Origin: Octopus sinensis
Lineage: Eukaryota
Length of the DNA: 64,000 nucleotides
NCBI RefSeq assembly: GCF_006345805.1
Contig: NC_043003.1
Location: forward strand, 102,300,001 to 102,364,000
Direction of reading: 5' to 3'
How positions within the stretch are numbered: position 1 is the first letter of the stretch; the number at the start of each line of letters is the position of its first letter. Positions 1 through 12,189 of the stretch are shown piece after piece. The translations under genes and the position numbers were made by a program. The notes beneath the pieces are model-generated. The model saw only the letters and a program-made list of their open reading frames with translations. It did not search any database and had not been told where the DNA came from.

Positions 1-821
1 CAAATATAAAGAGAAAACAACCCTTGGTGATATGGCTTTGATATAAAGAAACTACCACATCTGATCTGTGGGTTGTTGTTAACAGCGTATGTTGAGAGAA
101 AAATAACTGCTACTACTACCACCACCACCACCACCACCACCACTACTACTACCATCACTACTACAACCATTACCACCACTGCCACTGCTACTACCATCAC
201 CACTGGCACCGTCACTACTACTACTACTCTACCACCACCACCACCGCCACTACCATCACCCCCTCATCCCACTCCTTCCAAAACAACAACAACAACAACA
301 CAATATTCCATAACCATGTCTCATTCTATTGCATTATCCAGAATGGAAATGTTCTTTGCGACTACTCCACAATAATATGTTTGGAATTAATAATCTTCTT
401 GAACATTTTATCAAATTTGATTTCTTGTCTCCGATCATTATTGATGTCATTAATTTCTGCTCTTTCTCTATTTGCTCTTTTCAACTCTCTAATTGTACAT
501 GATTGTACTGCTGATCATATCGCTTCTGATTAAGTGCTACATGACAATTTATCAAATTCTGCTTTAGGTTAGGATGTTTCCTTCATTTATTTACTTCACA
601 GTAGTAGTAGTAGTAGTAATAATAATAATAATAATAACAACAGCTTTTTTTTGCTTCATGTATGTTAATGTCATGACTGTACGTATATCTCTTTGTGTTT
701 TGTCAAGTACTGAGGTGCTCAAGTTATGCCAAACTTCATTGAGCTACTTCAGTTTAGTTCTTCCTCCACCGCCTCCTCCTCCTCCTCTCTCCTTCAACAC
801 CACCAAGAGCAGCAACAGCGT

Positions 822-1185
822 GGAGGCGCACTGGCCCAGTAGTTAGGGCAGCGGACTTGTGGTCGGAGGATTGCGGTTTTGATTCCCAGACTGGGCGTTA
901 TGTGTGTTTATTGAGCGAAAGCACCTAAAGCTCCACGAGGCTCCAGCAGGGGGTGGTGGCAACCCCCTCTTTTGCTCCAACTTTCTCTCACTCTTTCTTC
1001 CTGTTTCTTGTCCCCAACTTCCTACACAACCGCTGAGCCTGGATGCGCATTCATCCATCCGTCGATGTTCTCGGTGTCGGGGGTGACCTGCTTTCTCTTC
1101 TGCAGGTCTTATGAATAGCAAAGGACCACATTTCGGACTTCTCCCATCTTGCGAGCTCTGGGACAAAGACCGTTCGCTCAACAGC
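822..1185 (+). mobile_element. tRNA-derived SINE
   Basis: tRNA-like head with A-box (TGGCCCAGTAGTTAGG) and B-box-like (GGTTTTGATTCCC) motifs; a close second copy is at ~25931-26420. Confidence 0.75.
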
Positions 1186-1512
1186 AACAGTACCACCACC
1201 AGCAGCAGCGGCATGGGTTGAGAGTTTGACAGGATGTGATGAATCCAAGGATAGTATCATGCTTCACTTTTTACTTTGGCATCATTTTTACAATCTGATA
1301 TTCTTCCTAATGCCAACAACTTTGACTCGTGTTCTAGCAGCTTTTTTTTGTGCTGCCAACACTAGTGAGATTTGCTCAGTTGGTCCATTGATTGGTTGAG
1401 AAAAATCAAACGACCTGGAGAATTAATGCTACTTTTATCAGAGTCATTTCTGGTTTTCAATAATGAACCTATAATGACTACAGGAAACAGCTGGAAGTCA
1501 AATTTATATATA

Positions 1513-1557
<45 letters not shown>

Positions 1558-2074
1558 ATATCTTGAATTTTAAGATTTTGTTTAGGCATAAAATTTCTAA
1601 TAACATGGTGTTAGAACTTAATATACATATGCTTTACAAAAAAGCATTAGTTGAGTGCAGAGCTTAATATGAAATTAAATAAATGACAAGGAATAAGAAT
1701 TACATAATAAACTTCATTGGCTTACAGCTGTTTCTGTTATAAGATGCAGTGCACTCAAAGGTGAGCACTTGTGCATCTCCTTATAGCTTCCTCTGCTTCT
1801 TTTTATTCTTTTCACTCTCTCTAGATTTTAGATTCTCTCATCTTCTATTTGTCTCTGGTGATGTCTTTTGCTGTCTTGGTTCTTACAGTCAGTTTCTCAA
1901 GACCAGTTATATATGTTTTATGTGCATTACTATACACACATATTCCATCTATTTTTTATGTATGTGTATGGACAATTATTTAATTTCATATAAAGATATT
2001 GATACAGATATATAAGTATACCCTGCCACATACTTATGACTGTGTGTGTGTAACATGCCTGGATGTATGTATGA

Positions 2075-2470
2075 TAAACAGGACGTTAGGCTCAATTCAC
2101 ACGGCTGTGTGAAGCTGCTGGAGACTGTGGTCAATCCCTGGTTGGAGAGAGTTGCTGCTGGAAGGCCATATGCATGGCAGCAGGATTTGGCTCCTTGCCA
2201 CACCTCCGGAAAGACGTGGTTGTTGGAGAATTTCTACAACTTTACCAGCAAAAATTTCTGGCCTCCTAATTCCATTTATTCTAAATCCCACGGATTACTA
2301 TGTGTGGGGTGCAGTTGAGAAAGACACCAAGGTCGAGCTTGTGGCCAAGATCAAGGACATGTTCTAAGATTTTTCCTCAAGGTCAGTGGAGAATGCATGT
2401 ACCAGGTTCTGGAGTTGTCTTGAGGCCATGTGAAAGCTGAGGGTGGCTACTTTGAATATACTGTTATCTT
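2075..2470 (+). mobile_element. Tc1/mariner-superfamily (maT/DD37D-like) transposase 3' fragment, decayed
   Basis: KLLETVVNPWLERVAAGRPYAWQQDLAPCH...WPPNS and NPTDYYVWGAVEK in shifted frames; sister copy at ~25450-25900. Confidence 0.8.
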
Positions 2471-2782
2471 CCTTATATTTTTATTTTTGTTTTCTTTTCC
2501 TTTTATGCAAACTTTCAAATCTAGTCTGAACTCTCTGTAGGTCTGCTTAACCATTGTTCCACATCAACACCAACACAACCACCACCAGCACTGGATATAT
2601 CATCTTCTCAGCAAAGGATTACAAAATGCACAGCATGATTTTGCAACAGACCAAAACATGGCCTAGATTGTTCTACCATATTACTTTTGAGACTTGTGTA
2701 TGATAGGGCTGCTGTAATAAAGCTGGCAGTTGACAATATCAGCCACAAAAGCCATGGCAACAAATGCTCACACACACACACA

Positions 2783-2813
<31 letters not shown>

Positions 2814-3949
2814 CTGCAACCCCAAACCTATAACCAGTGAGCAAAAGATTTTATTGTAACCATTTGCAGTAAGTGAGCAAAACACTAACCAACCACACAT
2901 CTTTCTTTCACAAACCACCAAGGTTATTCTCAGTTTCTAGGAATATATGATGGGGGGGGGGGGGAATTGAGAGATAGGAGGGGAGTGAGACAGAGAGAAA
3001 GAGAAAGAGACAGATCAAATAACTGAGTGGGAAAAACTAGAGAAAGTGAAAATGAACTGGAAAAAGGTCTAGAGATGCAGATAGAGAAATAGATAGAGAG
3101 GATATCTGTTTGCATGCGCGTGTGTGTGTGTGAAGGAGAAAGAGAGAGAGAGAGAGGGAGAGAGATAATGATGAGACAGTGAAAGTTCCGGAGACAAAGA
3201 GAAAAAGAGACGGATAAAAAGTTTAGGTTATCATTTGATGATGAGATAGACACAGCTTCCAAGAAATTGGTGTATTTGCATTTTAGATTTTTATCTTCCT
3301 ATGTATGTGTATATGAATATGTGTGCATGTGTGCATGTGTGTGTGTGTGTGTGTATATATATAATATTTGTGTGTGAGTATGTATGTGCACATGTATATA
3401 TAAGTTGGTGTGTTGTTTTTCTCTCTCTTCTTGAATGCTGCCACATTATGCGGTCTGACTCGTAAGTGGATGGCAGTAATGAAGTTAGCTGTCCGACAAA
3501 TTGGAACAGAGTCAAAACCAATTCCTGACACTAATTCCACAACTACAGACGTAATGGCAGTTTTATAACAGTTGGAACTGGCTGGAGATACTAGTATGAA
3601 ACACTGTAGAATGGTATGAGCAACAGGATATTTTGGGGTTTCTTCTCTGAGGCTGTTAGTGGTGAAAAGAATATTGTATACACCTTCTCTTTTAATCAGA
3701 GTGGAATTTTGTATCTAGCTTGTTGTTATTATTGTTGAGCTGCAGATCAGTCTTGCTTGAACAGGGCATAATCAAAGATTTCCCATCTCTGACCATTCCT
3801 CATTTATTTATTTATATATTTATTTAGTTATTGTTGTATTTAGGAATGGTCATTTTGCCAGTTTCGCCAAGAAAAACACACCCACTATATATTTGGTGTT
3901 AATTTGCTTCAGCGTTATTTATTTTTTACATTAATCTTAATCTTATTTC

Positions 3950-3994
3950 GGCCAGAGTTCTTTCGTCACACTCCTGTGACCTCATCAGTGGTCC
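3950..3994 (-). ncRNA. Minimal type-I hammerhead ribozyme motif, solo copy on the Bmal1 sense strand
   Basis: Minus strand reads ggacca CTGATGA g-gtcac-aggagt-gtgac GAA AGAACT C tggcc. Intact CUGAUGA/GAAA/UC core, 5-bp stem II, short stem III, stem I cca/tgg. Confidence 0.7.
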
Positions 3995-4864
3995 TTTGCT
4001 TTCTTCTTTCTTATTTGTGTGTCTCTCCTTACTAATGCTCAGCCATTTTGTATTCCTATTGTATGTGTCTTCATTTGTGCATGCGTATACCTCTATGTGT
4101 GTCTATGTTTAGTTAGTGCATGTGTGTGGGGAAAGTTATTTAGTTATTCATTTATTTCAAATATTATCAATATATACAGGCATAGCTGAGCAGTTAAGAA
4201 GTTTGCTTCTTAACCATGTCATTTTTGGGTTCAGTCTGATCAAACTGTTGTGAATGGATTTGGTTGGCATAAACTGAAAGTATGTCATTTATGTGCATGC
4301 TTGTGTGTGTGTGTGTGTGTGTGTGTGCGTGCATGTGTATGTACATATATATGTATGTGCATGAGTGTGTGTGTGTGTGCATATGTATGTGTGTATGTAT
4401 CTGTGTGTGTGTGAGTATGGGTGTGCTTCATTGTTTTGACATCATATGATAATTGTAAACTAGTGTCACCATCATACAAACAGTGTTTTACATTTCCAAT
4501 CATCCATGAAAACATGTCTGGCCTGTGTGAAATATTATGAGGGTAGGCTGAAATGTTCAGAGACTGAGTATCAAGGAGTGATGCTAGGACTGTGAACTCT
4601 TGCATGCATTAATTTCAACTTTCCTTATCAATAACTGCATTCTTTCTTTATTTCATCGGAATTTGTTATGGAAAATTTTCTACTGCAGGATGCTCATTGT
4701 CTTGCTAGCCCTCACCTGCTTCCAAGTATGGTAACATTTCCCCATGGTCAGACATGGAAATGAATGACAAAGCTTGTCTCACTGTGACAATCACTTACAA
4801 CTATCATATGATGTCAAGACATGGAGACTCAAATATACACATTCTCTCTCTCGCCTGTGTTTGT

Positions 4865-4998
4865 CTGTGTAATGGTCTCAACCACATGGTTCCAGGTCCA
4901 ATCCTACTGCATGGTACCTTGGGAAAGTGTCTTCAACTATAGCCTCAGGCAGACCAAAGCTTTGTGAGTGGATTTGCTAGATGGAAACTGAAAGAAGT

Positions 4999-5041
<43 letters not shown>

Positions 5042-5073
5042 ATATATATATATATGTATATATATATATGTAT

Positions 5074-5116
<43 letters not shown>

Positions 5117-5350
5117 ATATATATATATATATATACATGTATATATATTTGTGTGTATGTATCTGTTTGTCCCCCCACTATTGCTTAACAATGAATGATG
5201 GTGCGTTTACATCCCAGTACCTTAGCACTTCAACAAAAGAGACTGATAAAATAAGTGCTAGGCTTACAAAGAATAAGTCCTGGGGTCAATTTGTTCGACT
5301 AAAGGTGGTGCTCCAGCATGGTTGCAGTCAAATGACTGAAACAAGTGAAG
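4865..5350 (+). mobile_element. Composite tRNA-derived SINE (head + internal TA/TG microsatellite + tail)
   Basis: Head ...ACCACATGGTTCC...GGGAAAGTGTCTTCAACTATAGCCTC, ~150 nt (TA)n, tail ...AAGAATAAGTCCTGGGGTC...GACTGAAACAAG. The same architecture recurs at 31130-31545(-), 48920-49300(+) and 50025-50395(-); head-only copies at 11390-11515, 37245-37400, 38020-38140 and 53100-53270. Confidence 0.75.
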
Positions 5351-5351
5351 G

Positions 5352-5386
<35 letters not shown>

Positions 5387-5504
5387 AGTGAAATATATAT
5401 ATATATATATAATATATATATATATTTTCTTGTGTGTAGCAGTACTAATAACCAATCATTTGACGTCAATATACATATTCTTTAGAATAGTGCAGCACAT
5501 AATA

Positions 5505-5697
5505 AAATCATTGAATGGCAAGGGAACAGGAATTATGTAATCAAGTTCAATAGCCTACAGTTGTTTCTGCTTTAAGGTGCAGAGTACTAAACACTCAGCT
5601 CTGAGTGCACTTCTTATAGCAAGAACAGCTGCAAGCTAATGAAGTTAATTATGGAATTCCTGTTCCCTTGTCATTCATTATATGTGTGTGTATATAA
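5505..5697. mobile_element. Palindromic non-autonomous element (fold-back); related partial copy at 1682-1787
   Basis: Arms aatggcaagggaacaggaatt...gcctacagttgtttctgct and agcaagaacagctgcaagct...aattcctgttcccttgtcatt; carries the GAAAC-AGCT-GTA half of a hammerhead motif. Confidence 0.6.
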
Positions 5698-5940
5698 ACA
5701 CTACATAAAACATATATCTATGTGTATATGTGTATTTAAATATATCATTATCATTGGCATCATTATTTAATGTCTGTTTTCCATGCTGACATGGGTTAAA
5801 TGGTTTGACTGGATGGTAAACTGGAGAGCTGCATCAGATTCCAGTCTGTTTTTGTTTCATCTCTACAGCTGGATTCCCTTCCTAACAATAACCACTCCAC
5901 AGAGTGTACTGGGTGCCTCTTATGTGTCACAGACACTAAA

Positions 5941-6167
5941 GCGGCAAGCTGGCAAAAACATTAGCACGCTGGGCGAAATGCTTAGCAGTATTTCATCTGC
6001 TGCTACGCTCTGAGTTCAAATTCCGCCGAGTTCGACTTTGCCTTTCATACTTTCAGGGTCGATTAAATAAGTACCAGTTACATACTGGGGTCGATGTAAT
6101 CGAATTAGTCCTTTTGTCTGTCCTTGTTTGTCCCCTCTATGTTTAGCCCCTTGTGGGCAATAAAGAA
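5941..6167 (+). mobile_element. SINE (GGCGAGCTGGCAGAAACGTTAGCAC family)
   Basis: High similarity by eye to 47281-47490(+); decayed copies at 7735-7905(-), 7970-8165(-), 8265-8420(+), 19690-19830, 37740-37940, 54360-54560(-) and 58545-58650(-). Confidence 0.75.
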
Positions 6168-6528
6168 TTGTATGTGTCACAGGCACAGGTGCCTTTCATT
6201 GTCACTGGCACAGGTGCCTTTTACATGTCACTGGCACTAGGCCACAGTCATGATTTCACTTAGTTTGATGTGTCTTGTCACGCACATAAACTCATCAGAA
6301 ATCCTGGTCACTGTCATTTGTGAGGCTCAACATCTGAAGATCCCGTTTCACCAGCTCTTTCCACATCTTCCTGGGTCTACCTCTTTCACAGGCTCCTTCC
6401 ACAATTACAGATTAGAACATTTTATACAGCTGTTCTCATCCATATTCATGACATAACCATACCAGTGCAGTCTTCTTTCCAGCAACCTACAATGCAAGTA
6501 TATGTGTGCGTGTGTGTACATGCATGCA

Positions 6529-6565
<37 letters not shown>

Positions 6566-6591
6566 CTGAGAGAGCAAAAGAGATAACTTAC

Positions 6592-6698
6592 CTTTTCTGT
6601 GTATGTCTGCCATGTGTGAAATATCGTCTTGGTGATAATATTCATACACTGATGTCCCTAATAGTTCTTGTGGCAAATAACCTAATATTACTGTTGCC
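6592..6698 (-). CDS. BMAL1: BMAL1/cycle exon: PAS-B
   Basis: Acceptor ggctttttcag|G; encodes [35 protein letters not shown], comparable to vertebrate [35 protein letters not shown]; donor AAA G|gtaagt; 107 nt. Confidence 0.96.
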
Positions 6699-6737
6699 CT
6701 GAAAAAGCCAGTGAGAGAAAGTATGAATTAGATGGTT

Positions 6738-6784
<47 letters not shown>

Positions 6785-7149
6785 TGGCCTGATGCAAATA
6801 CCAGGCAGTGGCTCTCATGGCTTCTCATCTTAACTGATTGGAAGTGTTTTCATGTACAGTGTTTTGTCTTGGAATGAAAGATGGGCTACAGCAAATATTC
6901 TGCTCAATACCACAGATTTGCTTGTCAGTTGTTTGACCATAACCACTTGAGCATGTCCCTTAGCATGTCCCTTAGTTGACGATATGTGCATCTCTGATCA
7001 TGAGCAGAAGTAGTGGAGGAGCATCAAATCTATGTGTTGAGAAGAATTCTTTGGGGGTTTGGATAATTCACCTTTGGAAACATGGGTGTTTCATTCAAAA
7101 TCCTTAAACAACCCTTATTCAGGGACCTTTTGAGGGTATGGCATAAAAT

Positions 7150-7600
7150 TACCATAAGACAATGTCGTTAAATTTTCTGTGGAATAATGAGGGATACAAA
7201 TACTTAGGAGTGTTGCATGATGACAAAATTATGAAAAGGAAAATGAGAGAGAAAGTCATTAAAGAATACAAAAGGAGAATTAGAAGAATGGTGCTTGAAA
7301 CAAAATTAAATGGAGGGAACATCACTAAATCCACAAATACACAGGCAATGACAGTATTGAGACACTCTGCCCCCTTTCTGAAATGGACAAGGACCAAACT
7401 CCAGAATACGGGTAGAAGAAGTAGAAAGCTTCTAACAATGCACAACATATTCCATCCTAAAAGTAAAACTGGCCAAGAAGGGAAAGTGGTGGAGGATTAC
7501 CAAATGCAGAAGATTCTGTTGGCGCTGCAATACTGGATATGAAAAATTATGTTGTGCAAAATAAAGAAATAATACTTTCAGCAGATACCCAAAATGTGAC
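7150..7600 (+). mobile_element. Non-LTR retrotransposon remnant, R4/Dong-like RT C-terminal part
   Basis: ORF 7162-7542 contains GYKYLGVL...TKLNGGNITKSTNTQAMTVLRHSAPFLKWTRTKLQNTGRRSRKLLTMHNIFHPKS, typical of the region after RT domain 7 in R4/Dong-like elements; decayed. Confidence 0.7.
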
Positions 7601-7905
7601 TGAAATAGTATGCTAATGATTCTATCAGCTTACTACTACTATTACTACTACTACCACTACCACTACCACCACCACCACTACTACTACTGTTGCTGCTGCT
7701 GCTGCTGCTACTACTACTACTATAGGCATAAGGTCTGAAATTTTATGGGAAGTGACTATAGTGTATTACATTGATCCCAGGGTTCGGCTGGTACAAAAAG
7801 ATAAAAGCAAAGTTGATCTTGGCAGAATTTGAACTCCGAATGTAAAGATGGATGGAATGCCACTAAGTATTTTGCTGGTGCTATTGATTCTACCAGGTCA
7901 CTGCC

Positions 7906-7960
<55 letters not shown>

Positions 7961-8709
7961 TGATAATAATAATGGTTTCAAATTTTGGCACCAGGCCAGC
8001 AATTTCAGGGGAGGGGGATTACATTGACCCCAGTGTTCAACTGGTACTTATTCTATTGATCCTCAAAGGATGAAAGCTAAACTCAAACTTAGCAGCATTT
8101 GAACTCAGAACATAAAGATGGATGAAATGCCTCAAAGCAGTTATGATTCTGTCTGCTCACCACCTTAATAACAAAAATAATGATGATGATGATAACAACA
8201 ACAACAACAACAGAATCTATGTAATCCGAAAAAACGTTCTGATGAATCCTTCTGACCATTTTATTTACTCTGTGAAATTCTTTAAATCTTTATGGCTGTC
8301 TTTGCATCCTGAGTTCAAATTCCACCAAGGTCGACTTTGCCTTTCATCCTTTTGGGGTCGATAAATTAAGTACCAGTTGCATACTGGGGTTGATCTAATC
8401 GACTGGCCTCCTCCCCCTTATGCCTAGAGTAGAAAGGAATATAGGTTGATTCTACTCTCAGGTAATTATAGCAGCCTAGCAGTATTATAGATAGAGGAGT
8501 GATAGGTGTTAGGGGATGAGAATTGGGAGAAATGCTTGACAGGAGAGAGAGAGAGAGATAGAAAGGGGTGGGTGGGACAGGGCCCTGCACATAAAGTATA
8601 TCAAGTTGTTTTTTGGATATCATTTTTGTTGTGATGGATGGATCTTTGAGCACAACAAATTGCCAATTATCTTGACCGTCTGTCATCTCGTCTGTAATGC
8701 TTAGCATAG

Positions 8710-8763
<54 letters not shown>

Positions 8764-9371
8764 CATGCATGTACACACGCATGTATAGTTGAAATTGTTT
8801 GCACGAATTAAGAAATTCACAATCAAAATAGAATACACAAGGAAAGTTTAACTGAGTCTAAAATATTTATTTAAACAAAAATTTACAGTTCCAAAATAGA
8901 ACTTAAAGTATTCTTGGAAAAAGTTTCTTTGGAATTGAATAGAATGCAACCTGTAACCATGTGTGTGTGTGTGTGTATGCACACGTACATTCATATTTAG
9001 AATTGTGTGTATATATGCAATATGTATGTAAGTAAAAACATGGATATAATTGTGTGTACATTATATATATGTGTGAGTATGTGCATGTAAAACATATATA
9101 TGATTTTGAACCAGCTTATGTACCACACTCCCTCACACACACACATGCACGCAAACATCCACCCATGTACCAGTATATATCATTGTCGTCTATACTTAAT
9201 ACTATTTTCACATCTTGACTTTTTTTAGAAACTCAGATTTAAGAGACACTTTCAAATCTAGTAAATAGCTTCCACTGTGATAATAGTTCATTTGAACCAC
9301 TATGATACATACTACATACTTACATGCATGTATATGTGTGTGTGTGTATACACACATATATACATATACAT

Positions 9372-9421
<50 letters not shown>

Positions 9422-9677
9422 GTATAATTATTTGAGGGAATATTAATCCTAACTTACAGGGAAAAATTCAATTTAGAAATACTAAATCAAATTTCACACA
9501 ATATTTATACCAATTATATACGTTTTTATTATTTTTTTGCATTTTACTTAATCATTAATCATTGGTATATTATTATTATTTTTATTTTAATATTTCTATT
9601 ATATGTAATCTTCTAGATGGTGTAATTTAATCGTTCATTTTGAATTGATAAAAGGTGTTTTTTTCTAATTTATATAT

Positions 9678-9719
<42 letters not shown>

Positions 9720-10879
9720 ATATTTATATGTATATCTGCATGTGTGTATATGTATACATACTCACATGTACAGACATACTAATGTACATGATGAAATACA
9801 TACATACATACAATCTGTAGTTGAAACCAGGTTTGAAAATCTGAACAGATAACAATATGCAAAAGTAACATAATGAAAAATTTTCCCAAGCAAGCAGCCA
9901 AACTTACATAGAACTGGTCTTAGTGAAAAGGGAAATAAGTTGCTTGGGAAACACTTTTGAAGTCTTTGTCCTTTCACTTTTTCAATGAAAACACAGTGAA
10001 GGTGTAAACTCACATTTCTATACACATAAAAGCCATAACAATTTTCTCATAATGCACCAATCTCACACTTTCTTTCTGTACATATATGTATATGGCCTTG
10101 ATAAAGAAATATGTGATTATCTGTAAAATAAAACTTGGATATCTTAAATGCCTGTTCTCCTGATATCTATTAATTTATATATATATTAATCGAAATATTA
10201 TACATCCATTACACATTACAGTTGATCTTACCAACTGGCTTCATGCTAGGAATTCAATGGATTGTTAAATAGCCTGATTATATAACGCTGTGCTCATTAG
10301 AAGTAGCCATTATGGAATGAAATATGGCAACTACTCTGTATTGTTGGAGGTGGATAGACACATCTGGTTTGTATATATATATATATATATATATATCTGT
10401 ATGCAACTATAAGTATTTTGTTAAATGTTTAATAAATTTAATAAACATATACTTAATAAACATATGTTTAATCTCACAGTGACAACTCTATCAGTGGACA
10501 AATCACAGGATTTTTGGCAGCTGAAAATGAAGTTCCTCTCACTAGTTTTAGGCTTTTTTGAGAATCATTGGGGATTGCCTAACTGACCTCCCAAAAGGTG
10601 AATTTAGGATAAAAGTAAATTGTTATTGGAGTAAAAAATATATATAAAAAAGTGTATAACATACATACATACATACATGCATATACATACACGCACATAT
10701 ATATATTAATGGAAGTGTACAGTTTAATATGTCTATTATGGCTATATCAGTTTCACACTGAGGGTTCAGTGGATGTTAGATAGCAGCCTGATTATGTGAC
10801 ACTGCACTCTTCAGAGATGATGCTTAACACACCTAGTATAAACAGATTTGTAAGATTGGCCTTAATGGATATATAATAC

Positions 10880-11085
10880 TGTATATTTTGATTAATATGA
10901 CCACTGTATTGACAAATATACAAGTGCATATTTTCCTGAGTTATAGATTCTTAGATGGTGGGGGGACAAATACAGATACAATAACACACACACACACACA
11001 TATGTATGCCATCTAAGAATCTATAAGTCAGACAAATATGCACTTATATTTGTCAATAGAGTGGGTATATTAATCAAAATATATA
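10880..11085. repeat. Imperfect inverted repeat (~85-nt arms) around a CA microsatellite
   Basis: attttgattaatatgaccactgtattgacaaatata...tagattcttagatgg versus ccatctaagaatcta...tatttgtcaatagagtgggtatattaatcaaaat. Confidence 0.8.
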
Positions 11086-11537
11086 TGTGCATGTATGTAT
11101 GTATAAAATTAGAGAGATTAAATTGACAATCCAGTAATTTATATATAAATTTTACACACTCTTTTGAAGGAATTATTTTCCTTTGTTTGTTAATATATAT
11201 AAATATATATATATAATATGTTGTTCCTGAAGAGCCATAGCCAAAACAAAATATATTTTATCAGATAAACAAATGCGTATGCATCTGCCAATTTGACAAA
11301 ATGTTTTGGTCATGTAATTTACATTATGTAACCTTTTAATTACCTTATGTTAGTAAAAGGTACAAAAGTTGATGTAACTAATTATCTACTCACAAGGCTT
11401 TGGTTTGCCTGAGGCCATAGTAGAAGACACTTGCTCAATGTGCCATGCAGTGAGACCGAACCCGGAACCATGTGGTTGGGAAGCAAGCTTCTTACCACAC
11501 AGCCACTCCTGTGCCTATAATATATATATATATATTC

Positions 11538-11655
11538 TTAAACAAGAATATTATTGACAGTGACTTCGAAGTTTTGGTTGGTTAAGCCATCATCTGACAA
11601 TGATGGCTTAACTGGCCAAAACTTCGAAGTCCCTGCCAATAATATTCTTGTTTAA
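11538..11655. repeat. Near-perfect ~55-nt-arm hairpin with a degenerate hammerhead motif
   Basis: ttaaacaagaatattattg...gacttcgaagttttgg...aagccatca / tgatggctt...ccaaaacttcgaagtc...caataatattcttgtttaa. Confidence 0.85.
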
Positions 11656-11974
11656 CCCTTTAGCATTCAAGCTACTCTATCAAAGCAATGCTTATTGACT
11701 CATATTGTTTTGAACTAATCATGCATTATCTTGTAGCTTTGAGATTTCAATGATGTGATTGTATACTTTTAGAATGACATTCTAGGGTAGGTGTGAAAGG
11801 CCAGACCTGGCCGGTTTGAACATAAAACAAGTAAGATTATTTTGACTGGATATGACCAGTTTGAATGCTAAAGGGTTAAGAATAATGAATTTGTACTCTA
11901 CAAAACTATAAAGTAATCCGTCAGATTAATGTAAATTTGGTTTTATTACAGCTGAACATAAAAACTAGCTTTAA

Positions 11975-12188
11975 AAAGCACCAACCGATCGTGGCCGTTG
12001 CCAGCCTCGCCTGGCACCTGTGCCGGTGGCATGTAAAAAGCACCCACTACACTCACGAAGGGCATCCAGCTGTAGAAACACTGCCAGATTAGACTGGAGC
12101 CTGGTGCAGCCTCCTGGCTTCCCAGACCCCGGTTGAACCGTCCAACCCATGCTAGCAGACATTAAATGATGATGATGATGATGATGAT
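11975..12188 (-). mobile_element. Short interspersed repeat with (ATC)n end (CATGCTAGCATGGGTTGGACGG family)
   Basis: Over a dozen copies in the window, e.g. 5750-5940, 24020-24390, 32797-33190, 35975-36258, 40785-41160, 47600-47760, 48650-48890, 52250-52620 and 59985-60250. Confidence 0.75.
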
Positions 12189-12189
12189 A

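Noticed and set aside
660-720. cag|TA CTT GAC AAA as the next PAS-B exon (V-LDKTQRD...)
   Set aside because: Phase fits, but there is no polypyrimidine tract and no similarity to the conserved PAS-B end.
3283-3656. Long open minus-strand frame after ctaacag, with a PH-like TRKWMAVMKLAVRQ on the plus strand
   Set aside because: Does not match the expected next BMAL1 exon (ending ...NPWTKEVEYI), has no donor before the CA repeat, and the plus frame has no acceptor.
6250-6300. Minus-strand CTGATGA...hairpin...GAAATCATGAC
   Set aside because: Five extra nucleotides before GAAA, no U16.1 and no stem I; lies inside a decayed short repeat.
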